DNA from: Candidatus Omnitrophota bacterium
Lineage (GTDB): Bacteria; Omnitrophota; Gorgyraeia; Gygaellales; Profunditerraquicolaceae
Assembly: GCA_028717885.1 (NCBI GenBank)
Contig: JAQUMX010000003.1
Location: 7,903 to 71,902, forward strand
Length of the DNA: 64,000 nucleotides
Reading direction: 5' to 3'
Program-made: the position numbers and the translations under genes
Shown: positions 1-9,472 of the stretch, one piece after another
Layout: each line of letters starts with the position of its first letter
How positions within the stretch are numbered: position 1 is the stretch's first letter
The notes under the pieces: model-generated
Told to the model about the DNA's origin: nothing
The model's database searches: none
The model's input: only the letters and a program-made list of their open reading frames with translations

Positions 1-56
1 CTAGTATATAGTACCGTCAGTATCGGCTGCGTCCACTTCCTCTTTTGTTCCATCAT
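1..56 (-). CDS. 5' end of an unidentified protein gene running off the left edge (MMEQKRKWTQPILTVLYT...)
   Basis: ATGATG at 56-51 is preceded by GGAGG (complement of 62-66) with 5-nt spacing. The frame stays open to position 1 and the orientation matches all neighbours. Too short to identify. Confidence 0.3.
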   Translation of the reverse strand, partial: MMEQKRKWTQPILTVLYT

Positions 57-192
57 TGGCACCTCCACCAGCTTACCGGAGTCATATTTAATGTTTCCCA
101 CTATATGTTAGCCCCCACCATCTCTAGCGTCAAGGGGGAAAAGTGCGAGTTTAGCGTTATCCACAACCTAAGTCATGGATAAACATGCGACC

Positions 193-3102
193 TTATTTGA
201 TCGCAGCGTAGGGGCAAACCTGATTATAAGCGCAATAACGGCAGGCCATATAAGCAGGCCTGGCAACAAAATTTTCTTTGCGTAAACCTTCTGCCACTTC
301 CCTTACCTTTTCAATAACTTTTTCTAAATCACTTTCTTTAACCGGGGCGCTGCCGATAACCCCGGATTCCAAAAAGTGCAATTCCACCCGCTTGGGAAGT
401 TTTCCGAAAGTATTCTTATAGGCAAGGGCATATAAATCCATTTGCATGCTTTCTTTTACCCTCTTATCGGCATCCGCCTGCTTGGTAATTTCCGAAGTCT
501 TAAAATCGATAATTACCGCATCATCCCCTTCCCGGTCTACACGGTCAAAACGGCCGTTGATGCGGTTATTCTCCAGCGGAAAATGAAATTCCTTTTCGAT
601 TAAAAAAGGCTTACTCTTCTTGACCTGCTCCTGCTCGTAAAACCTGGCTAAGGCATCGTTACCGATACGGAACCGCTCTTCTTGATGTTTCTTATCCAGG
701 AAACCTTGCGGGTCAAAACTCTCGGAAAAAATACGCAGCAGTTCTCCTAATTTCATTTCTGCCCCGGCAAGGCGCTGCTCAAAAAATTTGCAGACCGCCT
801 CATGCATTGCCCGGCCGTAAATTACGGTATGATGCTCCATAATCGGCACGCGCAGGATATTTACGTATTTATATTTCAAAGGGCAAGTCAGGTAATCATC
901 TATTTGATAATAACTTAAGTTTATGGCTTTACTCTCCGGAAATAACGGGGCCTTTTCTTTTTTAACCGGCTTTACCGGCGCAAAGCGCTTAATCGATTCC
1001 AAGGCTGCACCTTTAAGCTTTTCTTTTTCCGCTGCTTCTTTGCCTAATGCTTCAATGACAAACTGGCTTAATTTACGCATACGCGCTCCGCCGTAATCTT
1101 GGGCGCTGGTAAGATAGAGTATTTCTTTTGCCCGGGTCATTCCTACGTAAAAAAGCCGGCGCTCTTCCTGGATATGGAAATCGCCTTCCGGAAGCATTTC
1201 TTTAATCAATGCGTCCGGCAATTCGATCGCTGCCCTGCGCTTAGAAACCGGAAAACGTCCGGCTACGAGGTTCACCAAAAAAACCACTCTAAATTCCAAC
1301 CCCTTGGCCTTATGAATAGTAAGCACATTTACCGCATCGGTTTCCAGGTCCGCTTCCACTGTCGGCGGGTCGTCACCGGCTTCGATCAAAAGGTTCAGGT
1401 AATTCGTAAAATGGATTACCCGGTCCTCGCGGGAAACTAATTCGAAATCGCGCACGATATTAAAAAATTTTGCCAGGTTCTGGATCCTGGTTTCGTTCTC
1501 CAGGTTTTGTTCCTTGGTTAATTTTTTCAGATACCCGGTTTCATTTAAAAAACTATAAAGCAGGCGGCCGGTAGTTTCTTCCCGGGAAACTTTGAGGAAT
1601 TTTTCTAAATCCGTAAGAATATTCCTGATTTTTTCGCGCGAATCTTGCCTTACCGGCTCTAACTCCGCAATATTATCCAGATCCTGAAAAACAGAATAAA
1701 GCGATTTGTTCCTGCGTTTGGCATAATGCATGCAAAGAGTCAAGTCCTCAAGGTTTAAGCCATAAACTTCACAACTGGCGAGATAATAAAGGTTCAGCGA
1801 ATCCGATTGATTGGCAACACTGCGCAAAAAACTGATGCAAAGCTTAACTTCTTCGCGGGAATAAAGGCCTTGGTTACCGCTAAACTGCCACGGTATATCC
1901 TGCATATTCAAAGCCTGCAAATATGCCAATGCATCGGAATTCGAACGCACCAGGATCGCAAAATCCCGGTAAACGAATTCCTTGCTCTTTACTTTTTCGG
2001 CGATCTCTTGCGCTACCCAATCGCTTTCCGCGGAATTGGCATCAAAAAAACGGTGTTCTAAGGTGCCTTCTGAATTGCTGATTGCCACTAATTTTTTATT
2101 GATTTTTGCCTTGATTTCAAAACGGTCAGGATTGTTTTGCTGTATCAATTGATACGCAGAATCGAGGATGGTTTGATTCGAACGGTAATTCTGGATCAGG
2201 CTGACCTTGCGCGCATCCGGAAAAGTTTCGACAAAATTCAAGACATTACTATAAGCAGCCCCGCGCCACCTGTAAATGCACTGGTCATCATCAGCCACGA
2301 CATTGATGTTTTTATCGGAGCCTGCCAATAATTTAATGATTTGGAATTGGGCAAAATTGGTATCCTGAAACTCATCGACCAGGATATATTTGAATTGCTG
2401 TTGGTATTTTTTTAATACCAGCGGGTGCTCGCGTAAAAGGTTTAACGCCAGATAGAACTGATTGCCGAAATCAACCAACCCTTCTTTAGCCAAAAGCTCC
2501 TGGTATTTACCGAAGGCCTCGGCGATTTCGCGCTGCTGCAATGCTTCTTCCTGTAAAGCCGCATCCTGCGGGCTTTCCTTGGCCCTCAAAGCCAATTCCT
2601 GGGCGAATTTCAAATATTCTACAGGAGAAATATCTTCGTCTTTGGCGCGGCTGAATAACGAAATCAATGCTTCGATGAAACGCGTAGGATCCGATAAGGG
2701 GCGGAAATAGGAAAGATTAAACTCAAAAATATGTTCCCGGAAAAACACTGCGGCTTCCGGACGGGTAAGCACCTTAAAATCCGGCGCCACTCCCGCTACC
2801 AGCGCATTCTCCCGTAAGAGCTTATCCCCAAAGGCATGAAAGGTAGAAATCCAGATATCCGTGTACCCGTAAGGCACCAGCACATCCACGCGCTCGAGCA
2901 TCTGACGCGCTGCCTTATCGGTGAACGTAAGCGCTAAAATTTCTTCCGGCTTACAAAGCCCTTCCGAAAGAAGCCAGGTAATCCGACGGGTAATTACTGT
3001 GGTTTTTCCCGTACCTGCGCCGGCGATAATTAATAAGGGGCCATTACGATGCGTAACAGCAGCCAGTTGTTCCTGATTCAGCCCCTCTAAAACCGTACTC
3101 AT
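193..3102 (-). CDS. UvrD/PcrA/AddA-type SF1 DNA helicase fused to a C-terminal PD-(D/E)XK (AddB/Cas4-like, Fe-S) nuclease domain
   Basis: Walker A GAGTGKTT, plus VDEFQDTN, QNYRS, TIHKAKGLEF and VGMTRAK helicase motifs. The C-terminus has CPLKY...CRYCAYNQVC (C-x2-C-x5-C), the pattern typical of iron-staple nucleases. Confidence 0.85.
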   Translation of the reverse strand: MSTVLEGLNQEQLAAVTHRNGPLLIIAGAGTGKTTVITRRITWLLSEGLCKPEEILALTFTDKAARQMLERVDVLVPYGYTDIWISTFHAFGDKLLRENALVAGVAPDFKVLTRPEAAVFFREHIFEFNLSYFRPLSDPTRFIEALISLFSRAKDEDISPVEYLKFAQELALRAKESPQDAALQEEALQQREIAEAFGKYQELLAKEGLVDFGNQFYLALNLLREHPLVLKKYQQQFKYILVDEFQDTNFAQFQIIKLLAGSDKNINVVADDDQCIYRWRGAAYSNVLNFVETFPDARKVSLIQNYRSNQTILDSAYQLIQQNNPDRFEIKAKINKKLVAISNSEGTLEHRFFDANSAESDWVAQEIAEKVKSKEFVYRDFAILVRSNSDALAYLQALNMQDIPWQFSGNQGLYSREEVKLCISFLRSVANQSDSLNLYYLASCEVYGLNLEDLTLCMHYAKRRNKSLYSVFQDLDNIAELEPVRQDSREKIRNILTDLEKFLKVSREETTGRLLYSFLNETGYLKKLTKEQNLENETRIQNLAKFFNIVRDFELVSREDRVIHFTNYLNLLIEAGDDPPTVEADLETDAVNVLTIHKAKGLEFRVVFLVNLVAGRFPVSKRRAAIELPDALIKEMLPEGDFHIQEERRLFYVGMTRAKEILYLTSAQDYGGARMRKLSQFVIEALGKEAAEKEKLKGAALESIKRFAPVKPVKKEKAPLFPESKAINLSYYQIDDYLTCPLKYKYVNILRVPIMEHHTVIYGRAMHEAVCKFFEQRLAGAEMKLGELLRIFSESFDPQGFLDKKHQEERFRIGNDALARFYEQEQVKKSKPFLIEKEFHFPLENNRINGRFDRVDREGDDAVIIDFKTSEITKQADADKRVKESMQMDLYALAYKNTFGKLPKRVELHFLESGVIGSAPVKESDLEKVIEKVREVAEGLRKENFVARPAYMACRYCAYNQVCPYAAIK

Positions 3103-3995
3103 GGAATTTCGCTTATTTCCTCTTTAGTTTTCTTCGCATCCTCGATAATATTTGACAGATCATCGGCATTAACTTCAGTTTCCTGCGCCTGCAACTGAGG
3201 ATTTATAATCTTAAAAAATTCCTCCGAGGCAACCATTTTCGTGCCCTCCGGAACCCCAAGCTTAGTTTCGTCAATAGGAATATCCAAGCTTAATTTTACT
3301 GCCTCTCTCACAAAGCTTCGTTTTGAAGAGGGATCAAAAAGCTCCTCTTTTAAAAGTACCCCTTCCCAAAAACATAATTCTTCCTGTTCAGCCTTATATA
3401 ACTTGCATTCTTTGCCTAAAATAAACTTTTTACCTTTATAATAAGGGCGGAAGGCCTCCTCATTAAACACATTGGCAAGCGCATCCCGGGTATTACCTTC
3501 AAAGACAGAACCTATTTTTTTATTAAGGTCAACCCTGGTAATTTTCTGCCCTTCAGCGATTTCCCTGTTTATATTTTTTGTTATTACCCCGGAGTCATTC
3601 CTCTCTGCTTCGGAATCCAGGATGATTTTATTTTTTGCCAAATCGATATAAGCTATCTGTCTTCCGCTGACATTATTCGCGCTCATCTTGTAATGAACGA
3701 TTGCCGTAGTAAAGGGCGCTTTACGCTGTGTTTGCGGCTCTTGCGCAAGCGGCGTATCGATAGCCGGAGAAGGCTGTGCAGGAGATAGCGGTTCGCCATC
3801 AATAGTTTCGATGTCTTCGTAAAAATAAGGCAAAGCCACACCTTCAAAATCAATCGTCAGGTAATTATCCTTTCTTTCGATAATCTTTCCTTCGATTTTT
3901 TTTCCGGATTTTAAAGCAATTACCTCAGCAGAAGCTTGTGCGTAAAAAAACAGCGCAAGCATCAGGCATAAAACCGAAAACCGCTTACCCCTCAT
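3099..3995 (-). CDS. hypothetical secreted protein
   Basis: 298-aa ORF with a signal-peptide-like N-terminus (MRGKRFSVLCLMLALFFYAQASA/EV). Its stop overlaps the helicase start by 4 nt (ATGA). No family recognised. Confidence 0.55.
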   Translation of the reverse strand: MRGKRFSVLCLMLALFFYAQASAEVIALKSGKKIEGKIIERKDNYLTIDFEGVALPYFYEDIETIDGEPLSPAQPSPAIDTPLAQEPQTQRKAPFTTAIVHYKMSANNVSGRQIAYIDLAKNKIILDSEAERNDSGVITKNINREIAEGQKITRVDLNKKIGSVFEGNTRDALANVFNEEAFRPYYKGKKFILGKECKLYKAEQEELCFWEGVLLKEELFDPSSKRSFVREAVKLSLDIPIDETKLGVPEGTKMVASEEFFKIINPQLQAQETEVNADDLSNIIEDAKKTKEEISEIP

Positions 3996-4041
3996 TTTTT
4001 CTCCTTTCCCTTGATTATGGGATTATCGAGCTTATTTTACC

Positions 4042-4069
4042 TTGACATTGCCTGCTTTTCAAGTATACT
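4042..4069 (+). promoter_or_regulatory. candidate sigma70-type promoter for rpmB
   Basis: TTGACA (4042-4047), a 16-nt spacer, then TATACT (4064-4069). This lies about 60 nt upstream of the rpmB ATG. A small CCGGC/GCCGG hairpin sits in the leader and AAGGAG at 4116-4121. Confidence 0.5.
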
Positions 4070-4131
4070 TTAAATCCTAAACAGCCGGCCATAGAAACAA
4101 GCCGGGAGCATATTAAAGGAGTAGTTAAAAA

Positions 4132-4362
4132 ATGTTAAAGAAATGTGCAATTTGCGGAAAAGGGGAACTTCCGGGAAAAACAGTCACCCGAAAAGGCCAA
4201 TATAAGAAAAAAGGCGGCACCGGCAGCAAAATCGCCCGCTGGAGCATGCGTAGATTCCTGCCTAACCTGCAGAAAATGCGCCTGGTAATTAAAGGGCACA
4301 CGAAAAAGGTTTTCGTCTGCACCAAATGCATTAAAAAAGGCGTAATTTCCCGGGCAGCCTGA
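4132..4362 (+). CDS. rpmB: 50S ribosomal protein L28 (Cys-containing, zinc-ribbon form)
   Basis: 76 aa. Contains the RRFLPNLQ motif characteristic of L28, plus CAIC and CTKC cysteine pairs. It is the only plus-strand gene in the window. Confidence 0.9.
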   Translation: MLKKCAICGKGELPGKTVTRKGQYKKKGGTGSKIARWSMRRFLPNLQKMRLVIKGHTKKVFVCTKCIKKGVISRAA

Positions 4363-6051
4363 TTATTTTAGGAAAATTTCCTCGGTTTCCAGGATTATCG
4401 ATGCTTCATCCCGCCAGGTATCAATCTTAGGAGAATACACCAAATCCAGGCTCTCGCTAGAGACAAGGCTTTCCTTTAAACTAGCCATACCAAAGGCGAT
4501 TGCCTGGGAGGTATTTTTCCCGTCAGTTACCCAGAATTTCAAGGTATCGCGGCTTAAAACCTGGGGCTCGCCTTTTAGTTTCAGGTTCCTGGTAAAAAAC
4601 AAAGGCTGCGGATTACCCGCACCAAAAGGCTGTAAAAGCGCAATCTCCTGCGCGATTTTTTCATTTAAAACCGATAACCCCACTTCCATATCCACTTCGA
4701 TAGCCGGCAATAAATCTTCAAAAGTCATTTTCTCGCGGGCAAAACGGTTAATCACTTTCTTAAATTCTGCGACATTATCTTTATTTACCACCAGCCCCAC
4801 TGCGTGGCTATGCCCGCCAAAGCTATGCAAGAATTCTTTACATTCGCAAAGCGCCTGAAAAAGATGGAAGCTCTTTATCGACCTGCCCGAGCCACGACAA
4901 AGCCCATCATTAAGCGAGATCACGATTGTCGGCCGATAAAATCTGTCAGCCAATTTTGACGCTACTATCCCCAATACCCCCTGATGCCAGCCTTCCTTAG
5001 CTAAAACCATGATCTTGTGTTCCTTAAAATCAATTTCGCTATCGATGATTGACCGCGCCTCTTCCATGATTGCGGCTTCGATTTTCTGACGCTCGCGGTT
5101 AAGCGTTTCGATATTTTTTGCCAGCCCGAGCGCCTCTTCTTTATTTTCGCTCATCAATAACTGTAATGCCGTTTCGGCAGTAGCTACCCTGCCGCTGGCA
5201 TTTAGCCGCGGGCTTAAAATATAACTGACAAAAGTGGAATTAATTTCTCTGTTTCCCAGGCGGCTGGTTTCAATCAAGGCCTTTATCCCCAAACGTTTAG
5301 CCTGGGTCAAGGTTTTTAAACCCTCTTTTGCGATCACCCGGTTTTCTCCGGTTAAAGGGACTACGTCGGCAATCGTCCCTAATGAAACCAGGTCCAGTTC
5401 ATCCGCTAGGTTTTTCCCTGCCAAAGCTTGCGCCAGTTTAAAGGCTACCCCTACTCCTGCCAAGTCCTTATATTGATAATTACAACTTTCTAATTTTGGA
5501 TTAAGGATTGCGTCGGCTTGTGGTAAGGTTTCACCGCTTGCCTGGTGATGATCCGTAACAATCACCTGGATGCCGTTTTCTTTAAGGGCTTTGATTTCCG
5601 CGTGGCTGCTGGTGCCGCAGTCAACAGTAATCAAAAGCCCGATCCCCTTTTCTTTGGCAGCCTGAAGAATATTTTTATTCAGGCCATAGCCTTCCTTGAT
5701 CCGGTGCGGAATGTAATGCGAAACATCGAGGCCTTTTTTTATTAAAGCGCTCTTAAGAATTGTCAGCGCAGTTACGCCGTCGACATCATAATCCCCGTAA
5801 ATAAGCACTTTTTTCTTTTCTTTGATTGCCTGGTTAATCAAGGCAATTGCCTTTTTCATATCGGAAAACGAAAAAGGGTCCAAAAGCGCGGCGAGGCTTG
5901 GCTTAAGGAAATTATGCGCTTCCCGGGGATGGCGTAGCCCGCGATTAAGCAATAGCTGGGCACAAACCGCAGAGATACCTAATTCTTTGGCAAGATTTTT
6001 TGCGAGTGCTTCGTTGGCAGGGGTAATTTTTAAAATCTTGTGTGTGGACAT
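4363..6051 (-). CDS. recJ: single-stranded-DNA-specific exonuclease RecJ
   Basis: DHH-family motifs DYDVDGVT, TVDCG and VTDHHQ. Length is 562 aa. Confidence 0.9.
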   Translation of the reverse strand: MSTHKILKITPANEALAKNLAKELGISAVCAQLLLNRGLRHPREAHNFLKPSLAALLDPFSFSDMKKAIALINQAIKEKKKVLIYGDYDVDGVTALTILKSALIKKGLDVSHYIPHRIKEGYGLNKNILQAAKEKGIGLLITVDCGTSSHAEIKALKENGIQVIVTDHHQASGETLPQADAILNPKLESCNYQYKDLAGVGVAFKLAQALAGKNLADELDLVSLGTIADVVPLTGENRVIAKEGLKTLTQAKRLGIKALIETSRLGNREINSTFVSYILSPRLNASGRVATAETALQLLMSENKEEALGLAKNIETLNRERQKIEAAIMEEARSIIDSEIDFKEHKIMVLAKEGWHQGVLGIVASKLADRFYRPTIVISLNDGLCRGSGRSIKSFHLFQALCECKEFLHSFGGHSHAVGLVVNKDNVAEFKKVINRFAREKMTFEDLLPAIEVDMEVGLSVLNEKIAQEIALLQPFGAGNPQPLFFTRNLKLKGEPQVLSRDTLKFWVTDGKNTSQAIAFGMASLKESLVSSESLDLVYSPKIDTWRDEASIILETEEIFLK

Positions 6052-6071
6052 ATTTTAAGTTATGGCCTCAC

Positions 6072-7712
6072 TTACATCTTCTCTGGCTGAGAAACTCCCA
6101 ACAATTCCAAACCGCAGGCCAAAACAATCCTTGTTCCCTCCGCCAGCGCTAAGCGCGCCTGAGTCAATTCCCGGTCTTCTCCCAGGACGCGGTGCTGATC
6201 GTAAAATTTATGGAAGGTTTGGCCAAGTTCCTGCAAATAAACCGTAAGCATATAAGGATCCAAAGTAGAAAGACAAATATGCAAGATATAGGAAAACTGG
6301 ACAAGCTTTTTTAACAGGTCGAGCTCCGCCTTTTCCTTCAGCAAGGAAAGGTTTGCTTGGGAAAATTTTACGGCTGCGGGGCTGCTACGTAAAATACTAC
6401 AGATCCTGGCGTGGGCATACTGCACATAAAAAATCGGGTTTTCCGCGGTCTCTTTTTTTGCTACTTCCAAATCAAAATCCAGGTGGCTGGAAGTCCGGCG
6501 CATTAAAAAGAAAAACCGCGCGGCGTCCTTGCCGACCTCATCCAGGACTTCTCTTAAAGTAATATACTGGCCCTTACGCGTGGACATTTGCACAACTTGC
6601 CCCGCGCGGAAAATCGTGGCCAGCTGCACGATGATAATCGATATACTTTCCGATTTATGGCCAAAAGCTTCCACAGAAGCCTTTAAACGATTGATATAAC
6701 CATGGTGATCCGGCCCCCAAAGATTGATCAGCCAACTAAAGCCGCGCTTAAATTTCTCCTGATGATAGGCAATATCAGGAGCTAAGTATGTTTGCGAGCC
6801 GTCGCTTTTAACTACTACCCGGTCTTTATCATCGCCGAATTCCGTAGACTTAAACCAGGTTGCTCCATCCTGCTCATAGAGATAACCTTTGGCCTTAAGG
6901 AATTTAAATGCTTCTTCTATTTTACCGCTTTTGGTCAAGGCCTTTTGGCTTGACCAATGGTCGAACTCCACGCCAAAATCCGCCAATTCTTTTTTAATCA
7001 CATCCAGGATAATCCCGGCGGCAAAATCTCCCAGCTCCTCCTGCTTGATTTTTTTTGCCTTTGCCTCTTTGGCAATATCATAGATATAATCGCCTTGGTA
7101 ATAATTCTCGGGAAACTCCTCTTTTATTCCGTCAAGCTCGCGCATCCTTAATTCCACGGATTTCCCCAGGATATTGATCTGATTTCCTTCGTCATTCAGG
7201 TAATATTCGCGCTCGGCACGGAATCCTAAAAAATTCATGATGCTTGCCAGGGAATCGCCTACTGCAGCTTGCCTGGCATGTGCTACGGACAAAGAGCCGG
7301 TAGGATTGGCACTTACAAATTCGATCAACACCGGCTGCTTTGCGCCAAAATCCTCTTTTAAAGCTTGCTTGCCTTCGCTAAGCAGCTCCTCTAATTTCGC
7401 GTAGAAAAAGTTTTCGGAAAAATAAAAATTAATAAAGCCTGCGCCTTCAACTTTAACCTCTTTAATGAATTTTCCGGCAGGGTCTTTCTGCAGATGCTTA
7501 TTGATCGCTTCGGCCAGGATTGTTGCAGTTTCACGCGGAGATTTTTTTATCCCCTTACAAAGGCGTAGCGCCAAATTGGTAGTCAAATCCCCGAAACTTG
7601 AGCCCGTAGGCAAATCCAAATTAGGCTCTAACGGCGCATCTGCTTGAGGAAAAAGCTCTTTTAGCGCGCCTTTAATTACTGAATTAAGTGCATCTTGTAT
7701 ATTGTTTTTCAT
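6072..7712 (-). CDS. argS: arginine--tRNA ligase
   Basis: 546 aa. Class I signature region SANPTGSLSVAHAR, an MSTRKG (KMSK-like) motif, and a typical DALR-type C-terminus ending in M. Confidence 0.95.
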   Translation of the reverse strand: MKNNIQDALNSVIKGALKELFPQADAPLEPNLDLPTGSSFGDLTTNLALRLCKGIKKSPRETATILAEAINKHLQKDPAGKFIKEVKVEGAGFINFYFSENFFYAKLEELLSEGKQALKEDFGAKQPVLIEFVSANPTGSLSVAHARQAAVGDSLASIMNFLGFRAEREYYLNDEGNQINILGKSVELRMRELDGIKEEFPENYYQGDYIYDIAKEAKAKKIKQEELGDFAAGIILDVIKKELADFGVEFDHWSSQKALTKSGKIEEAFKFLKAKGYLYEQDGATWFKSTEFGDDKDRVVVKSDGSQTYLAPDIAYHQEKFKRGFSWLINLWGPDHHGYINRLKASVEAFGHKSESISIIIVQLATIFRAGQVVQMSTRKGQYITLREVLDEVGKDAARFFFLMRRTSSHLDFDLEVAKKETAENPIFYVQYAHARICSILRSSPAAVKFSQANLSLLKEKAELDLLKKLVQFSYILHICLSTLDPYMLTVYLQELGQTFHKFYDQHRVLGEDRELTQARLALAEGTRIVLACGLELLGVSQPEKM

Positions 7713-7735
7713 TGTTATTTTAAGAAGAGAAAGTA

Positions 7736-8128
7736 TTACGGTAAGGGTTTCTTAGGAATCCGCAGTTTCTTTGCGTCGCTCCACAGGCGCTCTAAAGAAT
7801 AAAACTCTCTCATTGGTTCATAAAAGACGTGCGCCACTACACTGGAATAATCCAGGACTACCCAGCCGGACTCGTCATTTACGCTGGCCTTTGAGAGAGA
7901 TTTTATTCTGTATTTATTTAATTCTTCTTCGATGCCCAAGCCGATTGCATTTACCTGGCGTATCGAATGGGCGCTGGCAATCACAAAATAATCGCAGAAA
8001 GTGCATACCTGGCGCATATCTAAAATTACTAAGCCGGTAGCTTTCTTGGACCTGGCAACCTGGGCAATACGAAGGGCGATATTTTTCGGTTCTATTTTAA
8101 GAATACCTCCTAGCAGAAAACTGCACAC
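7736..8128 (-). CDS. rsfS: ribosome silencing factor RsfS (iojap family)
   Basis: Core motifs VILDM...CDYFVIASAHSIRQVNAI...WVVLDYSSVVAHVF...REFYSLERLW. The annotated start is a GTG and the true start is uncertain. Confidence 0.8.
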   Translation of the reverse strand: MCSFLLGGILKIEPKNIALRIAQVARSKKATGLVILDMRQVCTFCDYFVIASAHSIRQVNAIGLGIEEELNKYRIKSLSKASVNDESGWVVLDYSSVVAHVFYEPMREFYSLERLWSDAKKLRIPKKPLP

Positions 8129-8160
8129 CGACTTATCCTATAAAGTCGGGTGGAGAAGTA

Positions 8161-8310
8161 CTATTTTTTTCCTAGGATCTTATACATGCCGGTACCGCAA
8201 TCGGGGCATTTTCCTTTTACTGCTAGCCTTTTATTCTTCATGGTTACTTTTTGTTCATCTTTCATGCTCTTTTTGCCTTTGCATTTTACGCAATATCCGA
8301 CTTCAGCCAT
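8161..8310 (-). CDS. small zinc-ribbon protein, 49 aa (resembles the DUF5679-type CxxC...CxxC mini-proteins)
   Basis: Translated by hand as MAEVGYCVKCKGKKSMKDEQKVTMKNKRLAVKGKCPDCGTGMYKILGKK. AAGGAGG lies 7 nt upstream of the ATG at 8310. It falls below the ORF-track length cutoff. A 7-bp hairpin (ccgactt/aagtcgg) follows the stop. Confidence 0.55.
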   Translation of the reverse strand: MAEVGYCVKCKGKKSMKDEQKVTMKNKRLAVKGKCPDCGTGMYKILGKK

Positions 8311-8437
8311 TTCTTGTTCCTCCTTCGCAGTTAGCGAACACCGGCCAATCCAATATGGCCGGGTGTCTGTTGGATTAGATAAATACCGATATGATTAATT
8401 ACTTTTTAATCATACCATACCAATTTTTTGGTGTCAA

Positions 8438-9472
8438 TTAAGTTCTTGCTGGCTTATGGCGTTTAATGTGCTTCTCTTCTACTTCCCCGACAATTTCTTC
8501 GGTTAAATCCTCAAGGGTCACTAAGCCGACGGTCTTTTTCTGTTCGTTAACGACAATAGCGATCTGGATCTTATCAGCCTGGAATTTCATCAAAAGTTTA
8601 TTTACCGGCATTGTATGCGGGACATAAGAAGCTTCGTGCACCAAATCCTGCAACAAAAATAGCCCTTTATCCTTTAAAATATAAAGCAGGTCATGCGAAT
8701 AAATTATGCCGACAATATTATCGATTGTACCGCGGTAAACCGGAAGCCTTGCATGCCCCTGTTCCACAAAAATATTCAACAGGTCATCCGGCGAGGTGTT
8801 GATATTTACGGCAACGATTTTTTCCTTAGGCACCATGAGGCTACCCACCTGCATATCTCCGAATTCGAAAATCCGGTGCAACATGCTTCCTTCCTGGTCG
8901 GTTAAAAAGCCTTCCTCTTTGCCGACTTCTATCATCAGGCGCAATTCTTCTTCGGTGATCAGGGGAGATTTTTTAGCCGGTTTTATGCCTAATAATTTGA
9001 TCAGAAGATTGCTTGCCTGCATAAAAACCACGATAACCGGATTAAAAACCTTAACAAATGCTTCCATAAACGGAGCAATTGCCAAAGCAATCCTTTCCGT
9101 GTGCTTAATAGCCAGGATTTTAGGAGTGATCTCGCAGACAATGACGATAAATAAAGCTGTAGCTACTGTGGCAATGATAATACCCCATTTATAACCGAAA
9201 ATAAAGATACAGCTGCCGGTAATAATAGCAGAGATGGCGATATTGACGAAATTATTTCCCACAAGGATTGCGACAATGAACTTATCGAGCTTTGTAATCA
9301 GGCGCTGGACGGATTGCGCACGCTTGATCTTGCGGCTGATCATATTGCGCAGCCGAATCTTGCTTAAGGAGATAATCGAAGTTTCCGAAACAGAGAATAA
9401 GAAAGAAACTAAAATTAAAATTATTAGTACGGTCAGGCTGGATGGCTGAGTAAAAACGTTGTAATTGTGCAT
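8438..9472 (-). CDS. CNNM/DUF21 transmembrane domain plus CBS-pair protein (hemolysin/CorC-type family)
   Basis: N-terminal multi-TM DUF21-like region followed by a CBS-pair-like region. It ends at the LEDLTEEIVGE junction, so the usual CorC_HlyC C-terminal domain appears absent. Confidence 0.8.
   Translation of the reverse strand: MHNYNVFTQPSSLTVLIILILVSFLFSVSETSIISLSKIRLRNMISRKIKRAQSVQRLITKLDKFIVAILVGNNFVNIAISAIITGSCIFIFGYKWGIIIATVATALFIVIVCEITPKILAIKHTERIALAIAPFMEAFVKVFNPVIVVFMQASNLLIKLLGIKPAKKSPLITEEELRLMIEVGKEEGFLTDQEGSMLHRIFEFGDMQVGSLMVPKEKIVAVNINTSPDDLLNIFVEQGHARLPVYRGTIDNIVGIIYSHDLLYILKDKGLFLLQDLVHEASYVPHTMPVNKLLMKFQADKIQIAIVVNEQKKTVGLVTLEDLTEEIVGEVEEKHIKRHKPART

Noticed and set aside
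63-120. Two CCACCA strings (ctccacca at 63-70 and cccccacca at 112-120), plus a possible 12-bp helix between 1-12 and 99-110. These hinted at a tRNA-like, tmRNA or permuted tmRNA 3' end.
   Set aside because: No T-arm (GGTTCGAATCC-like) or acceptor-stem complement accompanies either CCA. The first overlaps the GGAGG of a plausible minus-strand gene start, and the helix is AT-rich TATATA-type sequence that is likely to pair by chance.
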